NCBI GenBank assembly: GCA_023213395.1
Contig: CM041465.1
Span: 28,155,741 to 28,219,740, forward strand
Origin: Cycas panzhihuaensis
Taxonomy: Eukaryota; Plantae; Cycadophyta
Length of the DNA stretch: 64,000 bases
Direction of reading: 5' to 3'
A program made the position numbers and the translations under genes. The number at the start of each line of letters is the position of its first letter. Positions within the stretch are counted from its first letter, which is position 1. Shown piece by piece: positions 19,027 to 33,229 of this stretch. The notes under the pieces were generated by a model. The model had not been told where the DNA came from. It worked only from the letters and a program-made list of their open reading frames with translations, and did not search any database.

Positions 19027-20749
19027 TATAGTACTAAAGTAAAATACTATATTAGGATAAGAGATATAAAAGTAAATGACATTTTCATTCTTAGGATTAA
19101 ATATGTTATGAACTAGGTTAAAATAAAAATTTTATCCTAGATAACTATGTTATAACCTAAAAATTTTTTACACAATTAATCATTGCCAATGCAATCTATT
19201 CAACTAAAAAATATTGTGGTGGCATGTTGTGAAAAATTAGGGCATAAAGATGATACAATAATTGTTGTCTTAGAGCATCTGTAGTGTAAGAAAATAAAAT
19301 GACAACTATATTGTAGGTAATTTTTGAATAAATAATTTGATTTTATGAAAAAAAGAAACCATAAATTAGAAGTATTGTATGAAATTAGGCAATATTAAGG
19401 TTTGTGAATTAATGAGGTTAGTAATCAAAATTTGGATAACATGATAAATAGATATTTTAATTACAATAAAAATAAGAAAAAGAATCTCCCATAGTATATA
19501 TTATATTTTGCATAGATTTAATAAATATGTGATAAATTATGAAAATGCATACATGTGTTAGACTTATATATAAGTAGAATAAATGCACTTGCGAGAAGAA
19601 TGAATTTGATAATGCTTGATAACCATGTGATATGTATGTTACAAGTATGATTGCATGGGAAGCATAATAAGATAAGTAAGAGAAGACACATTTAAATAAT
19701 TCATTAATGTCTATTAATAAGTATATAATAGATATGAAGTTAAATTTGATATTTATATTTGATCATGAAAATTGTGCATCAGGCATATTATCTTATGTGA
19801 TGCATACTGTTGACAATGCTGGTTTAGTAATAATTTAAGCATATAAATATATTATTTAAATATAGGTTATGAGTGATTTTTATAATTTATATATAGTATG
19901 AAATATATGATATTATAAGAACTATTATTTTTCTATGATGTTATAAGGAAATGTCATTAAAGCTATATGATTTATGTATAATTCATATGGTATTTATATG
20001 ATGTGTTTGTAGGATTAAGAAATAAAATATGACTCTAATATTATCCATGAAAAGTATAATATGAATATACATTATGCTTTAATTTTATGTAGTAAAATTT
20101 AAGTTTATTTTTATTGATATAATACCTATGATAAATAATAACAAAAATTGAGATTAACAAATAAAGACACTTGATGGGTGAAATAAAGACCCATGACAAG
20201 CTATAATAGAATTTAAGATGGATAAATATAATATCTATGATGGGAATATATAGGATCAATATAATATAAACAATGATGGATAAAATCATAAAGATCTAAT
20301 ATAAGTTAATAATTAGCTAGTGATTACTCTTTTATATAGACTTGTAAGAGTTTATTGATTATTGATTAGACTTGGTTGATGATTAACCTTGTGAGGTCAT
20401 TAACTAGTGAATGTTCATGGATAATGAATGACATTTAACATCAACCTATAAGAGGTATTGATTAGCAATTAACTATCAATATTGCAAGGTGAATGATTAG
20501 GTAACACACTACATAAATTGGTAATATATATATATTAGTATGGTGAATGCAATGTTACTTATCTAATTGATTAGTTAAGGAATACGTTTATGCATAAAAA
20601 GAGATTAGTATGTATTAGTATGGTAAGTGTAAATGTTAGTAATTCCTTTATTTATTTATCTTTTAGAAAAATAAAGGATAAATGTAATAACACATAAAGG
20701 AAAATATTCCCCAAATACATGTCATTGATACACAAGTTAAATCAAAATA

Positions 20750-22428
20750 TGCCATTACCCCTTAAGGGTGTAACAATGAAGATTATAGATATAAATTGTA
20801 GATGACAGTGTTAGATTGTTAATCTAAATGATTTAAGGAAATAGCATACAACAAGTGGGGGTGTGTAGGATGCTCTATTTATTGGATACAGAAAGTTTGG
20901 ATGAGATAAAACTTTTGTATTGAGTTCCTACAATATGCCTTCCTTGTAAAAGGAGGTTCCTACATACACATAGTTCTACTTAGAGAGAAGCAATTTTATG
21001 GGACTAAGTACTTATGGGATAAACAAATTGTAGGATGGATAACTTATGAGAAAGGATTATTTCTCCATACCTACAAAAGGGTGGAACACAAAGCAGCACA
21101 AATGTGAGATGACTCACCCATAGGAATAGACCTTACAAAATCAAGTGCTTGCAAGAGAAGATCTATAGATAAAAACAACTCAACATAATGAACTACTCAT
21201 GGAATTAGAAGACTATGGGGGGTTAATCTCTAAGGAGGTGGATTCATGGGGACTATAAATAATAAGAAAGAAAATTAATATTCCACATTAACTATCCCAT
21301 ACATTATTTTCCCACAAGCTTCTATTTCTATAAATACATATGTGAGCTTGTAAATTTATCATTGAATTACTCAACAAATGGAGATTTAACAATCTTACAC
21401 CATATTACCCTATAAAATAGGGCTCCTACCATAAGACTTAAGGATAAATAAGATTGAATAGGAGCTATTGATTTTACAAGTGCGATGAAGTCATTGGCAT
21501 TGATCTTAATGATAACATCTTAACAATTCATATTGATGATAAAATAACATCCATTTAATCATTGATGCCATTAACACATAAATGAATATGAGGTGATAAG
21601 CAACCTACAAGTAATATACATATGTTAGCAAGTCTAATATCTTATAGGGTGGCCATGATATATGCCTAAATGTTAACATTTTATGTCATGATTAAATCTA
21701 GATATGAAATGTGATTAAGGAATATATGTAATGAATGTACAAAGTGAAAGTAAAATTTTCATATATGAAGTTAAGAAAATTGATAAAGGAGACAAAATTT
21801 TATTTCATTTAATAAATGTTAGTAAAAAAGGTATAACATGCAGCACATAGGTGATGTTATCACAAGTCTAAAGGGTATGAATGTTAACAAGTATGAAGTA
21901 GATCAAAGAGGTAGCAGTAGATGATGGAAAATGAATCAACTAAAATTAAGTTTATCCCTAATAAGATCAACTCAAATTGAGTTGGTACCTAATATGAAGA
22001 GGTTAATTTGCCCCCATTCTTAGCCTAATATTTGAACATTTAACAAGAATAAAGATAAGAAAAATGGTTGGCTATGATAGAAGTGGCGAGGGGGAGTAAG
22101 ACAAAGGCCAATGAATTGCATTTTCATCAATTCCACTACAAATTAACATTTTAGCCATCTTTTTGGATCTAAGCAATAACTTAACAACATTAGCAATTAA
22201 GAACTTCATTACTAAATTAGAATCATCACAACACTTGTATTCTATCAAGTTATAAAGTGGAATGAACATTCCTAATTTTTAATAATCAAGAAAAACTTTA
22301 GTAATAGCCAATAAAGTTTTTGATATAATAGCTACCTTAGTATATATGATTGTTGACAAATTAATGATGATGGCTTATGTAGAAAAATAGTATAAATAAG
22401 ACTTAAATAAGAAGGAGAAAGGGTTCTT
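20750..22428 (+). repeat. ~1.65-kb dispersed repeat, copy 1 (probable 3' internal region of an LTR element)
   Basis: Colinear homology with 33230-34880 (e.g. AAGATCAACTCAAATTGAGTTGGTACCTAA is shared). Ends in the purine tract AAGGAGAAAGGG. Confidence 0.85.
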
Positions 22429-22723
22429 TTGATAAGACCCCACGCTCCCTCCCCCCCGCCAACCTTTCTCAATTATTTTTGGGAGAGAGACTCTCTTTTG
22501 GCTCTAGTTGTACAAAATGTGGTCAAGTATAGCTTGATACCTCTTTTTTTACTACTAGATTCTCTAATTAGTAATCATGGATCATCCAAAGCAGTTTTCT
22601 TTTACTTTGTTCTTCTCCTATAATTTTTCCTTTCTTATTTCTCTATTCAATTGTGTATAAATTTGAAAAAGACTCTATATTTAGAAGACTCAAATATTTA
22701 TAAATAATACATGTATGTACATA

Positions 22724-23609
22724 TGTGTTGATCATTCATCCCATGCTAGAGGATTAATATATGAGTAGGTTAAGTAGGCTAAGGGTTAAGGAGGTTAAGG
22801 TTAGGAGTACTTAATATTAAGGGAAATGTATTATTGGTTAGCTAATCACCTTAATAAAGATGATATCCATCAAGTAAAATAAAGTGAATCATTACACCAT
22901 AAAGAATACATTTCAGTAAGGATTGACATCAACAAGGAGGAATCGTGATCCTCCTCCTCTCTACAAAATCATTTGGGGTCATATCATTATGGATCTTCTT
23001 ACTACTACTACATGGGCCCTCACTTCTTACAAGGTGAGAAATAACTAAGAGGAAAACACCCCATTGTAGACTTCCATGGATTCAGACACCTATATAGCAT
23101 GTATTCACCTTTTCAACTAGAAGGTGAAGTAGTAACAACCTCCTCTCTTTGACTTAATAATGATCCATCTACCCTAGATATTATGGTAATAGGAGGTGGT
23201 GGTCACTTTATACAGTTTTGTATATAGATGTTTTAAGGGCAAAGCATCTAAGGGGGGAGGGCATATGGTGAGCCTTTACCACATGTTAGAGGATTAATAT
23301 ATTAGGAGGTTATGTAGGTTGAGGTTAAGAAGGTTAAGGTTAAAATTTTGATAATAAGTAAAATATATGATTAGTTGGATTAACAGTGGAATAATATAAT
23401 AATGGGGTGATCCTCTTATAAATATGATACCCCCACATCATGTAAAGTTATGTTGATAAATACAATCTTATTAAGATTCACTTCAGTGTCCTTAGGTTCC
23501 CATTTGGTGCTCTTCACATCTATCTTCCACTCCATCCACCTATATGCATTTTTAGTTATCTTACGTTATTTATGTATATTAGAGAGGTAACGAGGATAAG
23601 CTTATTATA
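22724..23609 (+). mobile_element. Internally deleted gypsy-like remnant with two related LTR starts
   Basis: CATG(C/T)TAGAGGATTAATATAT...AGGTTAAGGTT occurs at ~22742 and ~23282. PPT AAGGGGGGAGGG precedes the second LTR (~23265). Confidence 0.6.
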
Positions 23610-24643
23610 ATGTACAACTACTAGAGGCCTATATGATTTCTCTTATTCATTTGTATGGGGGAATTTTTTAGGGTAGCAACTAGTACTCAATTCCTCCTTT
23701 GTAATCAAACAACTAGGGATCGATATTTATATCATTATAATATAGTTCATTTTCAAAGAATTAGTAAGATGGCTCTATTTTCCCTTAAATCTATTATGAT
23801 AGGGTTGATCAATTTGATGGTAAGTGAGTTACTTTATTTGAGGATTAGAAATGGGTTTTAAACTTGAGTCATTATGTATTAGATTCTTTTCTTTTCATAA
23901 TCTCCTTGAAGTTCATTGTTAAGAGTTATATGAATGTATGTTAGGCAATGTTACTTACATTACACCACTTAATATTAGGTTGTTGAGAGCATTCACTTCT
24001 CTTTATTTTCTTATATATTGATATTAATTAGAGGTTTTTTAAGTGCCTAGCCATTTGCAACTACTTACATGTCTATTATAATGCCAACACCTTTGTCTCT
24101 TCTTCCTTTTGTGTTTTCTTTCCCATGCATTAGACTTAGTAAAATGTTTTATAAATGGATAGTAATTTGAAATAACCCAAAATTTGGCACTCCACCAATA
24201 TATATGTTTTACCTTTATGAGTGTTGGTATTCCTAAGAGGATTTATATAAGGATAACAAATCACAACCATAAACAAGTCTGTCATGGAACCATTACCTTT
24301 GTATTTTTCTCTTTCCTTTACCTCTAGAGCATCACTTCATAGTGGCCTTTATTTATTGGTTAAGCCTAAGATAATTAAGATGTTGACCCATTTTATCAAC
24401 AAATGAATGTTGTAGTAAGATGGGTGTTAAGTTAGAAATTATTTAGGGTAACTTATAGCTATAGGGTTCATTATTCCTAGATATTAGTCTAATTTAACTA
24501 AGCATCTTGTGCTCTCTTAGTGCTAAGCCTTTAAACACCATACCAATTTACCATAAGACACCTTGTATTAAGTACTAGGTGTTTTTTAAGTAAGTAAACA
24601 TAAATTGGTAACCATAGTAGGGAGGAAATAGTCCAAACTAGTC

Positions 24644-24777
<134 letters not shown>

Positions 24778-25042
24778 TATCTTTTCTTTGTATAGCACAT
24801 TTTATTTTTATTCTTTGAAGATAAAGGATATACCTATAACCTAGGAGGCCCTTTACCTAAGAGGAGTCTTTTCCTATTCTCATAAGGATCAAGTATCTCA
24901 TGTGGAATTATTCCAACTCCCTATTATTAAAAATATAAGGACTTATTAAGTGAGCTTATGGAGAAATGTTGAATAAAGTTTAAACTCTAGTGCAAGGGAA
25001 ACAGCTTGTTGAAGAATTAGAGATAGTAGAGAATATAAATCA

Positions 25043-28000
25043 TGATGAGGATGATAAATAAGAAAGACATTCAATCCCACATGCATAAACTTAAAGTAAG
25101 AAAATAGTATAGAATAGGAAGAATCATTTTACCATTTTTTTCCCATATCCATTACATTCCATTCAATCTACTAAAAGATAGTCTAAAAGTACATTTATAT
25201 AAGTCAAAGTGGGAAGTCTAAAAGGTTATAATATTAACCCTAAAAAACTTCTAAAAGACTCTTAATTAACTAAAATATTAAATAAAATCATGCTTTAAGT
25301 CAATCCCTACTCGACAACTAGACCACTAAGGGTCATTGTATAAAAAATATAAACTAGTCTAAAATCAATTGTTATTTTTAGATATACAAATAAAATCTAA
25401 AATTTTAGGTATATTTAGGGCATCCTTGGCTAAAAGAACTATTAACCTATAATGGGGCCTTCAACCTAATTATAAGTCATTTTGGTGTGTTCTACTCAAA
25501 TAGACATTCAAGTTAGTTTTAAAATGACTAAATTCTGACTATGAAGTGAAAAGTTATAGTTTAACAACTAGACCCTAAAATTTAGAGGAAACAAAACTAG
25601 AAAGTAAATTAAATTAGGATAGAGATGCTCCTACATCATCCTCCGTAAGTTGAAAGGAACTATATCCCTCCTACCATTTATCAAGATTCAACCACTTTAG
25701 CTCTTCTTTTATGATCCAAGTGTTGTTTGTTTATGGTAGACCTTCCATTACATTAGGTACTTGTTGTAGTTTCCCTATCTTGTGATTATTATCTTTATAT
25801 CTAACACCTTCCCAATTCCTTCTTACTTTTATTTTGGTATTTAGGGCTCTTAACTTTCTAATTTACCTTCATAACCTACATCTTCATCTCCTTCATGGTA
25901 TACATATACATCTAAAATATTAAAATTAGGAGAGTTATGAAATTATTTAGGTAGATTCACCTTATATGTATTGTCATTAATCTTTTTTATAACCTAATAT
26001 GGGCCAACCATTTTATACTTGACTTTGCTATAAGTCCCTTAGGGAGATCTATATTTCCTCAAGTAAACCATCACTAAGTCACCTTTTTTAAATACCTTAT
26101 ACCTACAAGCCTTATTTATTGCTTCCATATACTTTTTGTTATTGTCCTGTAACTTTTTCCTCGCCTTCTTGTGAACTATTGAATATGATCTATAAAATCT
26201 TTGGAATCTTTACTCATCCTATTCTTCATTGGTAGGAGTATTAATCCAACACACCCTTGGAATTTCTACCATACACAACTTGAAAATGTGATTTATCTAT
26301 TAACCTATTCACAAAACTATTAGATAAAAATTTTGCTTAGGTTAATGCCAAATCCCATTGTTTGGGATTCTCTTCAACAATGCACCTTAGTAGGTTTCCT
26401 AAACTCTTATTCACCTCTTTAATTTATCCATTAGTTTATGAATGGTAGGCATTACTAAGCTGGAGTTTTATTCCTAGCTATTTCCACAAAGACTTTTAAA
26501 AGTGACTCAAGGGCTTTGTGTCTTAATCCAAAGTAATAGTCTTTAAAATTCCATATAGCCTTATAACCTCTTTAAAGAATAAATCTACTATCCCAACTAT
26601 ATCATTTATCTTATTACATGTAATAGATAGATCATTTTTAAAATATAATCAATAATAGTAAACATTGAATCATTACCTCTTTGTGTATGTGGTAATTCCA
26701 CTATGAATTTTATGTTCAAATATGTCCATGGTACTTCAAGTACTGGTAAGGGTATATATAGGCTAGTATTTTATAAATACACCTTGGCCATCTTACATAT
26801 CCTATAGCATGCCACAAATATATCCATATTAATTTTCATTCAAGGCAAAAAAACTTCTCCTCTATTGAAGCTATGACCTTATTTCAACTAGAATGTCCTA
26901 AAAGACCTCCACTATGTAATTGTCGCATGATGTTCTCCCTCATGGAGCTCACAAGGATGTATAATTATCTTTCCTTAAATAAGTAACCATCCTATATAAA
27001 TTAATCATCATATAAATAGCCACATTTTTTAGTTAGAGAATTCTTATAATGCTTAATAATTATGTCAAAATAAGAGTAATTGTGATATAAATCCTTAGTG
27101 GATTTAAATCCCACCACCTCATTTTCCATGGTGGTTAATAATTACACTTACCTAGTCAATCTATTAGTAACATAGTTCTATTTGCCTAATTTATGCTTTA
27201 AAATAAATACAAAACTCTATAAATAATGCACCGACTTAGTATGTCTAGTTTTTAATTTCCTTTGGGTATTTAAATACCTAAAGGCTTGGTGATTAGTAAA
27301 TAGAACAAATTCCTTAGGTATGAGGTAATGCCTATAATTCCTAAAAGCTTGGATAATCATGTAAAATTCTAAGTCATAATTAGAACACCTTCTTCTTATA
27401 TCATTAAGTTTCTCATTAAAGAATGTTATATGTTTTCCTTCTTGGTTGAGCACTGCTCTAACTATAACATGTGAAGAATCATCAACAGCCTTAAATACTT
27501 TTAAAAAATCTAGCAGCGTAAGAACAAGTGCCTTGGTTACCTTTTTCTTTAAGAGCTAGAAGTTATTCTCTACTTCCTAGGTCTATGTTAGCTCCACCCT
27601 TCATGCAATCTATTAAGGGTGCAATAATTCTATTAAAGTTCCTAATGAATTTTCTATAAAACTAAGTTGGATCATGCAAACTTCTTATTTATATCATAAT
27701 CCTAGGTATTGGCTACTCAACAATTGCTCTGATTTTCTCCTCATCCATTTTCAATCCCTCTTGTGAAATCATAAATCCTAAAAATACTAGACTCTTTTAT
27801 ATAAACCTATACTTCTTCATATTTACATACAACTTCTCCCTCCTTAACACTTCAAGAACCATCTTTAAGTGCATTAAGTGTTCCTCCTTAGTCCTATTAA
27901 AAATAAGAATGTCCTCAAAATACACAACTACAAACTTAACAATGAATGGTCATAACATAGTGTTTAACAATTTCATGAATGTGCTTGGGGCATTTAATAT

Positions 28001-31000
28001 CCTGAATGGCATGACTAGCCATTCATATAATATATCCCTCATCCTGAAGGTTATTTTTCGATTGTCCCCTTCATGAATTTGGATCTAAAGATCCCTACTC
28101 TTTAGGTCAATATTTATAAAGTAGGAAATACCTACCAACACATCTAGTGTATCATTCATACAAGGTATGGGAAACTATTATTTAATTGTTATCTTATTGA
28201 TCACTCTGGATTCAACACACATTTACTATGAACCATATTTCTTTGGAGTCACTAATGTTAGAACTATAAAAGGACTTAAGCTTTCTTTTAATATTCCCTT
28301 CTATATCAATTTGTTAACTTATTGATTTAACTTTCCATTCTCCATTAAGCTTAACTGATAGGCTACTTAGTTTGGTTAACTTAACCCACCCTAAGATTAG
28401 GTCAATTTGGTATTGAATGTCTCTCATAGGTGGTAAGTCTTTAGGTAACTCATTTAGCATGATGCCACTATACTCCTATAATACCCTTACTATATCACTT
28501 GGTCTCTTTATGCTATCTTCCTCTATTTATCTTATTATCAAGGCATAATAAGTGCAAATCTCTCATATATACTTCATAAATTCTTTAGTAGTCAACATGC
28601 TTTCCACATGCACTTCTTCCTTAAGTGATAATAACTTCATCTTTATACTATCCTTCTAAAATGTGTAGATATTATTTTTCCTATTATGAAAGGATTTCTT
28701 ACCATGCTACTATGGTCTCCCTAATAATATATGGCATGCATCCATTGGGATTATATCATACCATACCTCATTCCAATTTGATTTTGTGATACTAAATTTA
28801 GGTAAGCATCTCATATCAACAATTATCTCATTTCCTTTCTTTAAACTAGGAAATGTGGTATGGATATAGATGTGCTTCACATTATAATTCTATCTTTTCT
28901 ACCATTTTTTTAGAGACTATATTCTCATAACTATCATCATCAATTTTAACTTTACATATCTTTCCTATGGTGCCACATCTTATTCTAAAAATATTAATTT
29001 ATAGCCATTAATCATAGCCTATCTTCACCTTTAATTTATCCTATATAGGTTGTCATCTTGTTGTTATTATGGTTCTTTAAAGTAATAAACTCTTACCTTC
29101 ATCTACCATGACTCCTTTATTACCATCTTTATTTTGGGCCAAGTTCATCCTTGGATGCTCTTCCTACCTCTGGGATTGTTCCTTATGGTGACAAGGGTAT
29201 TCAAATGCCTTCTGTCCTTCTTCCCTATATTTGAAATAAATAAATAAAAATCTCCATTGTCTTCTACCACTAAATCCTCTGCCTCATTAGGCTCTTAGAA
29301 ATTATCTTCCCCTTAGTTGGTTTTAAGTTCATCTTCCTCCTAACATTCTACCCTGCCTCTCTCCTCCTTTTCTTTCCATCTTATTAGATGATTCTCCTCT
29401 CACATAGGGGATTCCTCCTCTATCTCTATACAAAGATAATAAACCTCTTTTCATCATATAGGGCCTTTGAGTAGCATTCTTATTTTGCTTCTCTCTTAGC
29501 TTTGATATCAATTGATATACATCCTTTATACTTTTAACTTTGTGCATGCTAAGTTTATCTTCAATGAAAAACTTTAAGTTATTTATATACCTTCTATTAA
29601 CTTGTTTATCTATCTCCTCATGCTCCACACAAATGAAAAACTTATAGAGATGATCTATATGTAATATTATAATGTCATTTCTTTTTGCTTTAAGTTATGG
29701 AACTATTTGAAGAGGCTCTAAGAATAATCAACTAGTAAAAAATTTTCTTTTAACTTCTTAACCATTTTGGCCTATGCTTTGATCTTTTCTATGCCTTTAT
29801 TCACCCTCTCTTATTGTTGGTAATCCCACTAAATAGTTGCATATCCCCTTAACTTTATGAACATGAACTTTACCTCTTTTTCTTCTATTATGATTTTCCA
29901 TTTGAAGAACTTCTCTATGGAATTTAGCCAATCTACTAGCTTATTTACTTTTAAACTCCTCTTGTAGTCTAGAATGTTGATATTCATTCCATCACTATTA
30001 TCTTCAAGAACTTTTATGAATCTCTTTTCTATTGTCTATGGTTCTTGTAACTCACCATCTTTTAGTCTCATAATATATTCACCTCATGCCTCTTCTTCAT
30101 TGGTATTTACTTTATAACTTTGTCTTAATACTATGGTAGGAAGCTACTTTATTACTCTTTATATCTCCTACAATTTTTTATTCATTTTAGTATAGCTTAC
30201 TCTTCCTCCTCTTCTCAGCATTTTCAACTTCTCTTCCCTATACCCAACTACTTTAGGTTCTAAAGCTTCTCTTGTAAGATTTTTTCAAGGCTCTTAGGCC
30301 CTAAAAAGAACTTCCTTACCCTTTCAATAGGAATACTCTACCACCTCTATAATTTTTTCAACAAATATCTACCATAACACCTCAAACTTTTGTGATTTTT
30401 TTTTAATACTTGAGTTGAACCATGCTTTAATGCTAGATGATGAGGATAAAAAGTGAGGAAGATATTCAATCCCACATGCATAAACTTAAAAATAAAGAAA
30501 AATGAGAGAATAAGGAGAATCATTACACCAATTTTTTTCTCTCATTTCCATTCCATTCTATTTAATTTGTGAAAAGATAGTCTAAAAATATATTTACATA
30601 AGTGAAAATGAGAAGTCTAAAAGTTTCTAACCCTAAACCTAAAAAAACTATTAAAATACTTATAATTACCTAAAATATTAAACAAAACCATGATTTAAGT
30701 TAATCTTTACTTGAGAACTAGACCACTAAGGGTTATTACATAAAAAGTGAAACCTAATATAAAATGTTAAATATTATATTTAAACATATAAATAAAATCT
30801 TAATTTTTAGATATGTTTAAGGAATTTTTAACTTAAAAACTACCAACTTATAATGGGACCTTTGGCCTAATTATAGGTCATTTTGGCATGTTCTTCTTGG
30901 TTAGACTATTGAGTTAATATAAAAATAACTAAATTTTGATCATTGAGCAAAAAGTTATAATCCAACTAATAGACCCTAAAATTTAGAGGAAAAAAATCTA

Positions 31001-31052
31001 AAAAGTGAAGAATGCATTAAGTTATGATGAAGGTCAAGATGCTCCTACATCA
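25043..31052 (-). mobile_element. Full-length degenerate Ty3/gypsy chromovirus (CRM-like gag)
   Basis: LTRs at 25043-25638 and 30438-31052, degenerate Met PBS 30424-30435, TSD aatca/aattg. Gag with knuckle remnant (YFKY.EEGQKAFEYP) ~29200, RT ~27600-28300, RNase H ORF 27217-27453 (YDLEFY..IQAFRNYRHYL), integrase, chromodomain (KYLM*WKGLP*TNNTW) ~25715-25800. Confidence 0.92.
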
Positions 31053-32750
31053 AATTGATCCAATCATATTAGGAAAGGATATAATGGAAAGTAAAGGAGG
31101 ATTACTTAATAGAAAATGTTGTCATGATGATTAATGATCCTCTAGATCTCAATAATATTCTTTATAATATACCAAGTAACACTTGGGATGTATGCCTAAG
31201 AAATAATTCAATGACTAGGAAAATACATTTTGAGTAATTTTCTTTGATATATATGAAATTCAACACCATTGAGATAGATGTCACTATTAGATTATTTATT
31301 TATTCTTTAGAAGCTCATGTAGCTAAATGCTTTCAAGATTTATCTACTAGTTCTATTATCAATTAGTAAAGCTTAATGAAGGATTTTAGGCCTAAGTATT
31401 ATAAGGAGAAATCTAACACATCTCTAATAAGAGAACTACCTACTATTATGAAGGGTTACAAGAAAATTATTTCTTCTTTTAGTGAGTGATTTAAAGGGAT
31501 ATTAAGATCTATAATTCCTACCCAAAGGCCAAGTGAGGGACACAATTGGAATGGTTCCTTAAAGGATTAGATTATAAAACTAGTATGATGTTAATATATA
31601 AGCTCCTTGAAATAATCATTTAAGCAAAATAGTCGGTGTTGAATATTAAAATGATGAAGAACAAACTTGTAGAAATACTTCTCAACATATGGTACCATAA
31701 TGTAAGGACTATTAGGTAGTCCCTTAGAACATTGATTATCAAACCCAGTCCCTCATTAGGAGAATAAATAATGAGGTGCAATTTTAGAAAAGAAAAGCCT
31801 AAGAAAAGTTACCATGAACTATTTCCATATTAAGTAGGTCGAGAGAGGAGAAGATTGATACCAAGTAGGAGAATGAGTTTGATGCTATGATCATAGTAAT
31901 CAAGGTATTCCATATGATATTTGGCCAGGTCATGTGGATAATAATAAAGAAATATTAGCATTAGATGGTGGAATCTCTAAAATATCTTCTAAAGATAATC
32001 AAGAATCGTAACTTCTCTCAATTGAGTTAGTATTGGCTAGATATGTATTAAAGGAGGAAGGCCCATATAATATCAAACTAAAGGTTAAGGTTATCCCTAA
32101 GAATCTAAAGAAGATAAGTAGAGGTCTAATTATGGGTACATATGGCTTAGATAAGCCCATGGTTCTATCCAAGGATGAAATTTAGTTTTACCTAGTTTAA
32201 GAGAAGAAAAGTAAGAGGCGGATCTAAATGTATAAGACCCAATTTGGGAAATGTATTTCAATGAAGTAGAATATAAAGGTGCAAGATTTGGCATTGTCTT
32301 CTAATCTTATAACATGATTTGTTCTTTAATTAATGTGATTCATCATGCCCTTGATGAATAAAGATTAACTAATACTGTGAAAAGGGCTTCTACTGTAGAT
32401 GATATTGCTCATTAGTAGATGTGCCAAGATGAGAAGCTCATCTTACCTTTCATACAAGAATATGAGGATTTGGATAATTTGGTAGATATTAATGAATAAA
32501 ATTAGATAAATAAAGAGGCTGAGGTCCAAAGTTTATCCTTAAACCAAATCCCAACATAATTGGAAGCATATGAAATCCATAATGGGCTCTCTAGTCTATA
32601 ATCACTCTTAGATTCTAGCAATGCAAAAAGTGAGGCGTTTGCTCAATAAGAACCTCCAGAAAGAACAGCTCAAGAGTTGAATCAAGAAGATGAAGTTATA
32701 TTAGTTGAGATGAAGTGGGATAGATAGGGCTTTGTAGGAGTTGATTTCAT
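31053..32750 (+). mobile_element. Degenerate gag-like region (continues 24830-25042, interrupted by the chromovirus)
   Basis: Purine-rich decayed coding sequence with a gag-like RFKGILRSI segment (~31490) and Cys/His-knuckle-like remnants. No RT detected. Confidence 0.45.
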
Positions 32751-33229
32751 CTTGCTCTAATGAGCTTACAAATTTAAATAGTCTAACCCATATTTACACT
32801 AAATGAATATTCATTTAAAGACTAACTTTTGTCCCAAATCTTTTGACAAAAAGGAATAACAATTTTTAAGGTTGAGGTTTGAACCTAAACCTTTGATTAA
32901 AGGATTCATATATAGAAAAGGATATTGTCCTTATTTACTAGTCCATAAGAAAGGAATTCTTCTACCTCATCATCTCACCTTTATGACATGTAGTTGGTAC
33001 TCTCTCAAGATTATGTAGATGATTATAAGTAATTTTTTCAAATTTAGGATTATTGATAATAAATTACTATCCATATACTAAACCTTTATTAAAACCTAAA
33101 TAATTTTATATTATACATAGTTCTTTACTTCTATTATAGTGAGAATAAGTATATTTTGTAGACTCCAAATAAAGATAAAATAAAGAATTACTTTAAATCA
33201 CCCATTGGTGATGATATGAAGTAAGGAGG

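Noticed and set aside
19027-20750. Very AT-rich, C-poor stretch with short ORFs
   Set aside because: No recognisable domain or termini. It is probably decayed TE internal sequence but cannot be supported as a feature.
32865-32945. tRNA/SINE-like B-box (GGTTCAAACC on the minus strand)
   Set aside because: No convincing A-box, cloverleaf or TSD was found.
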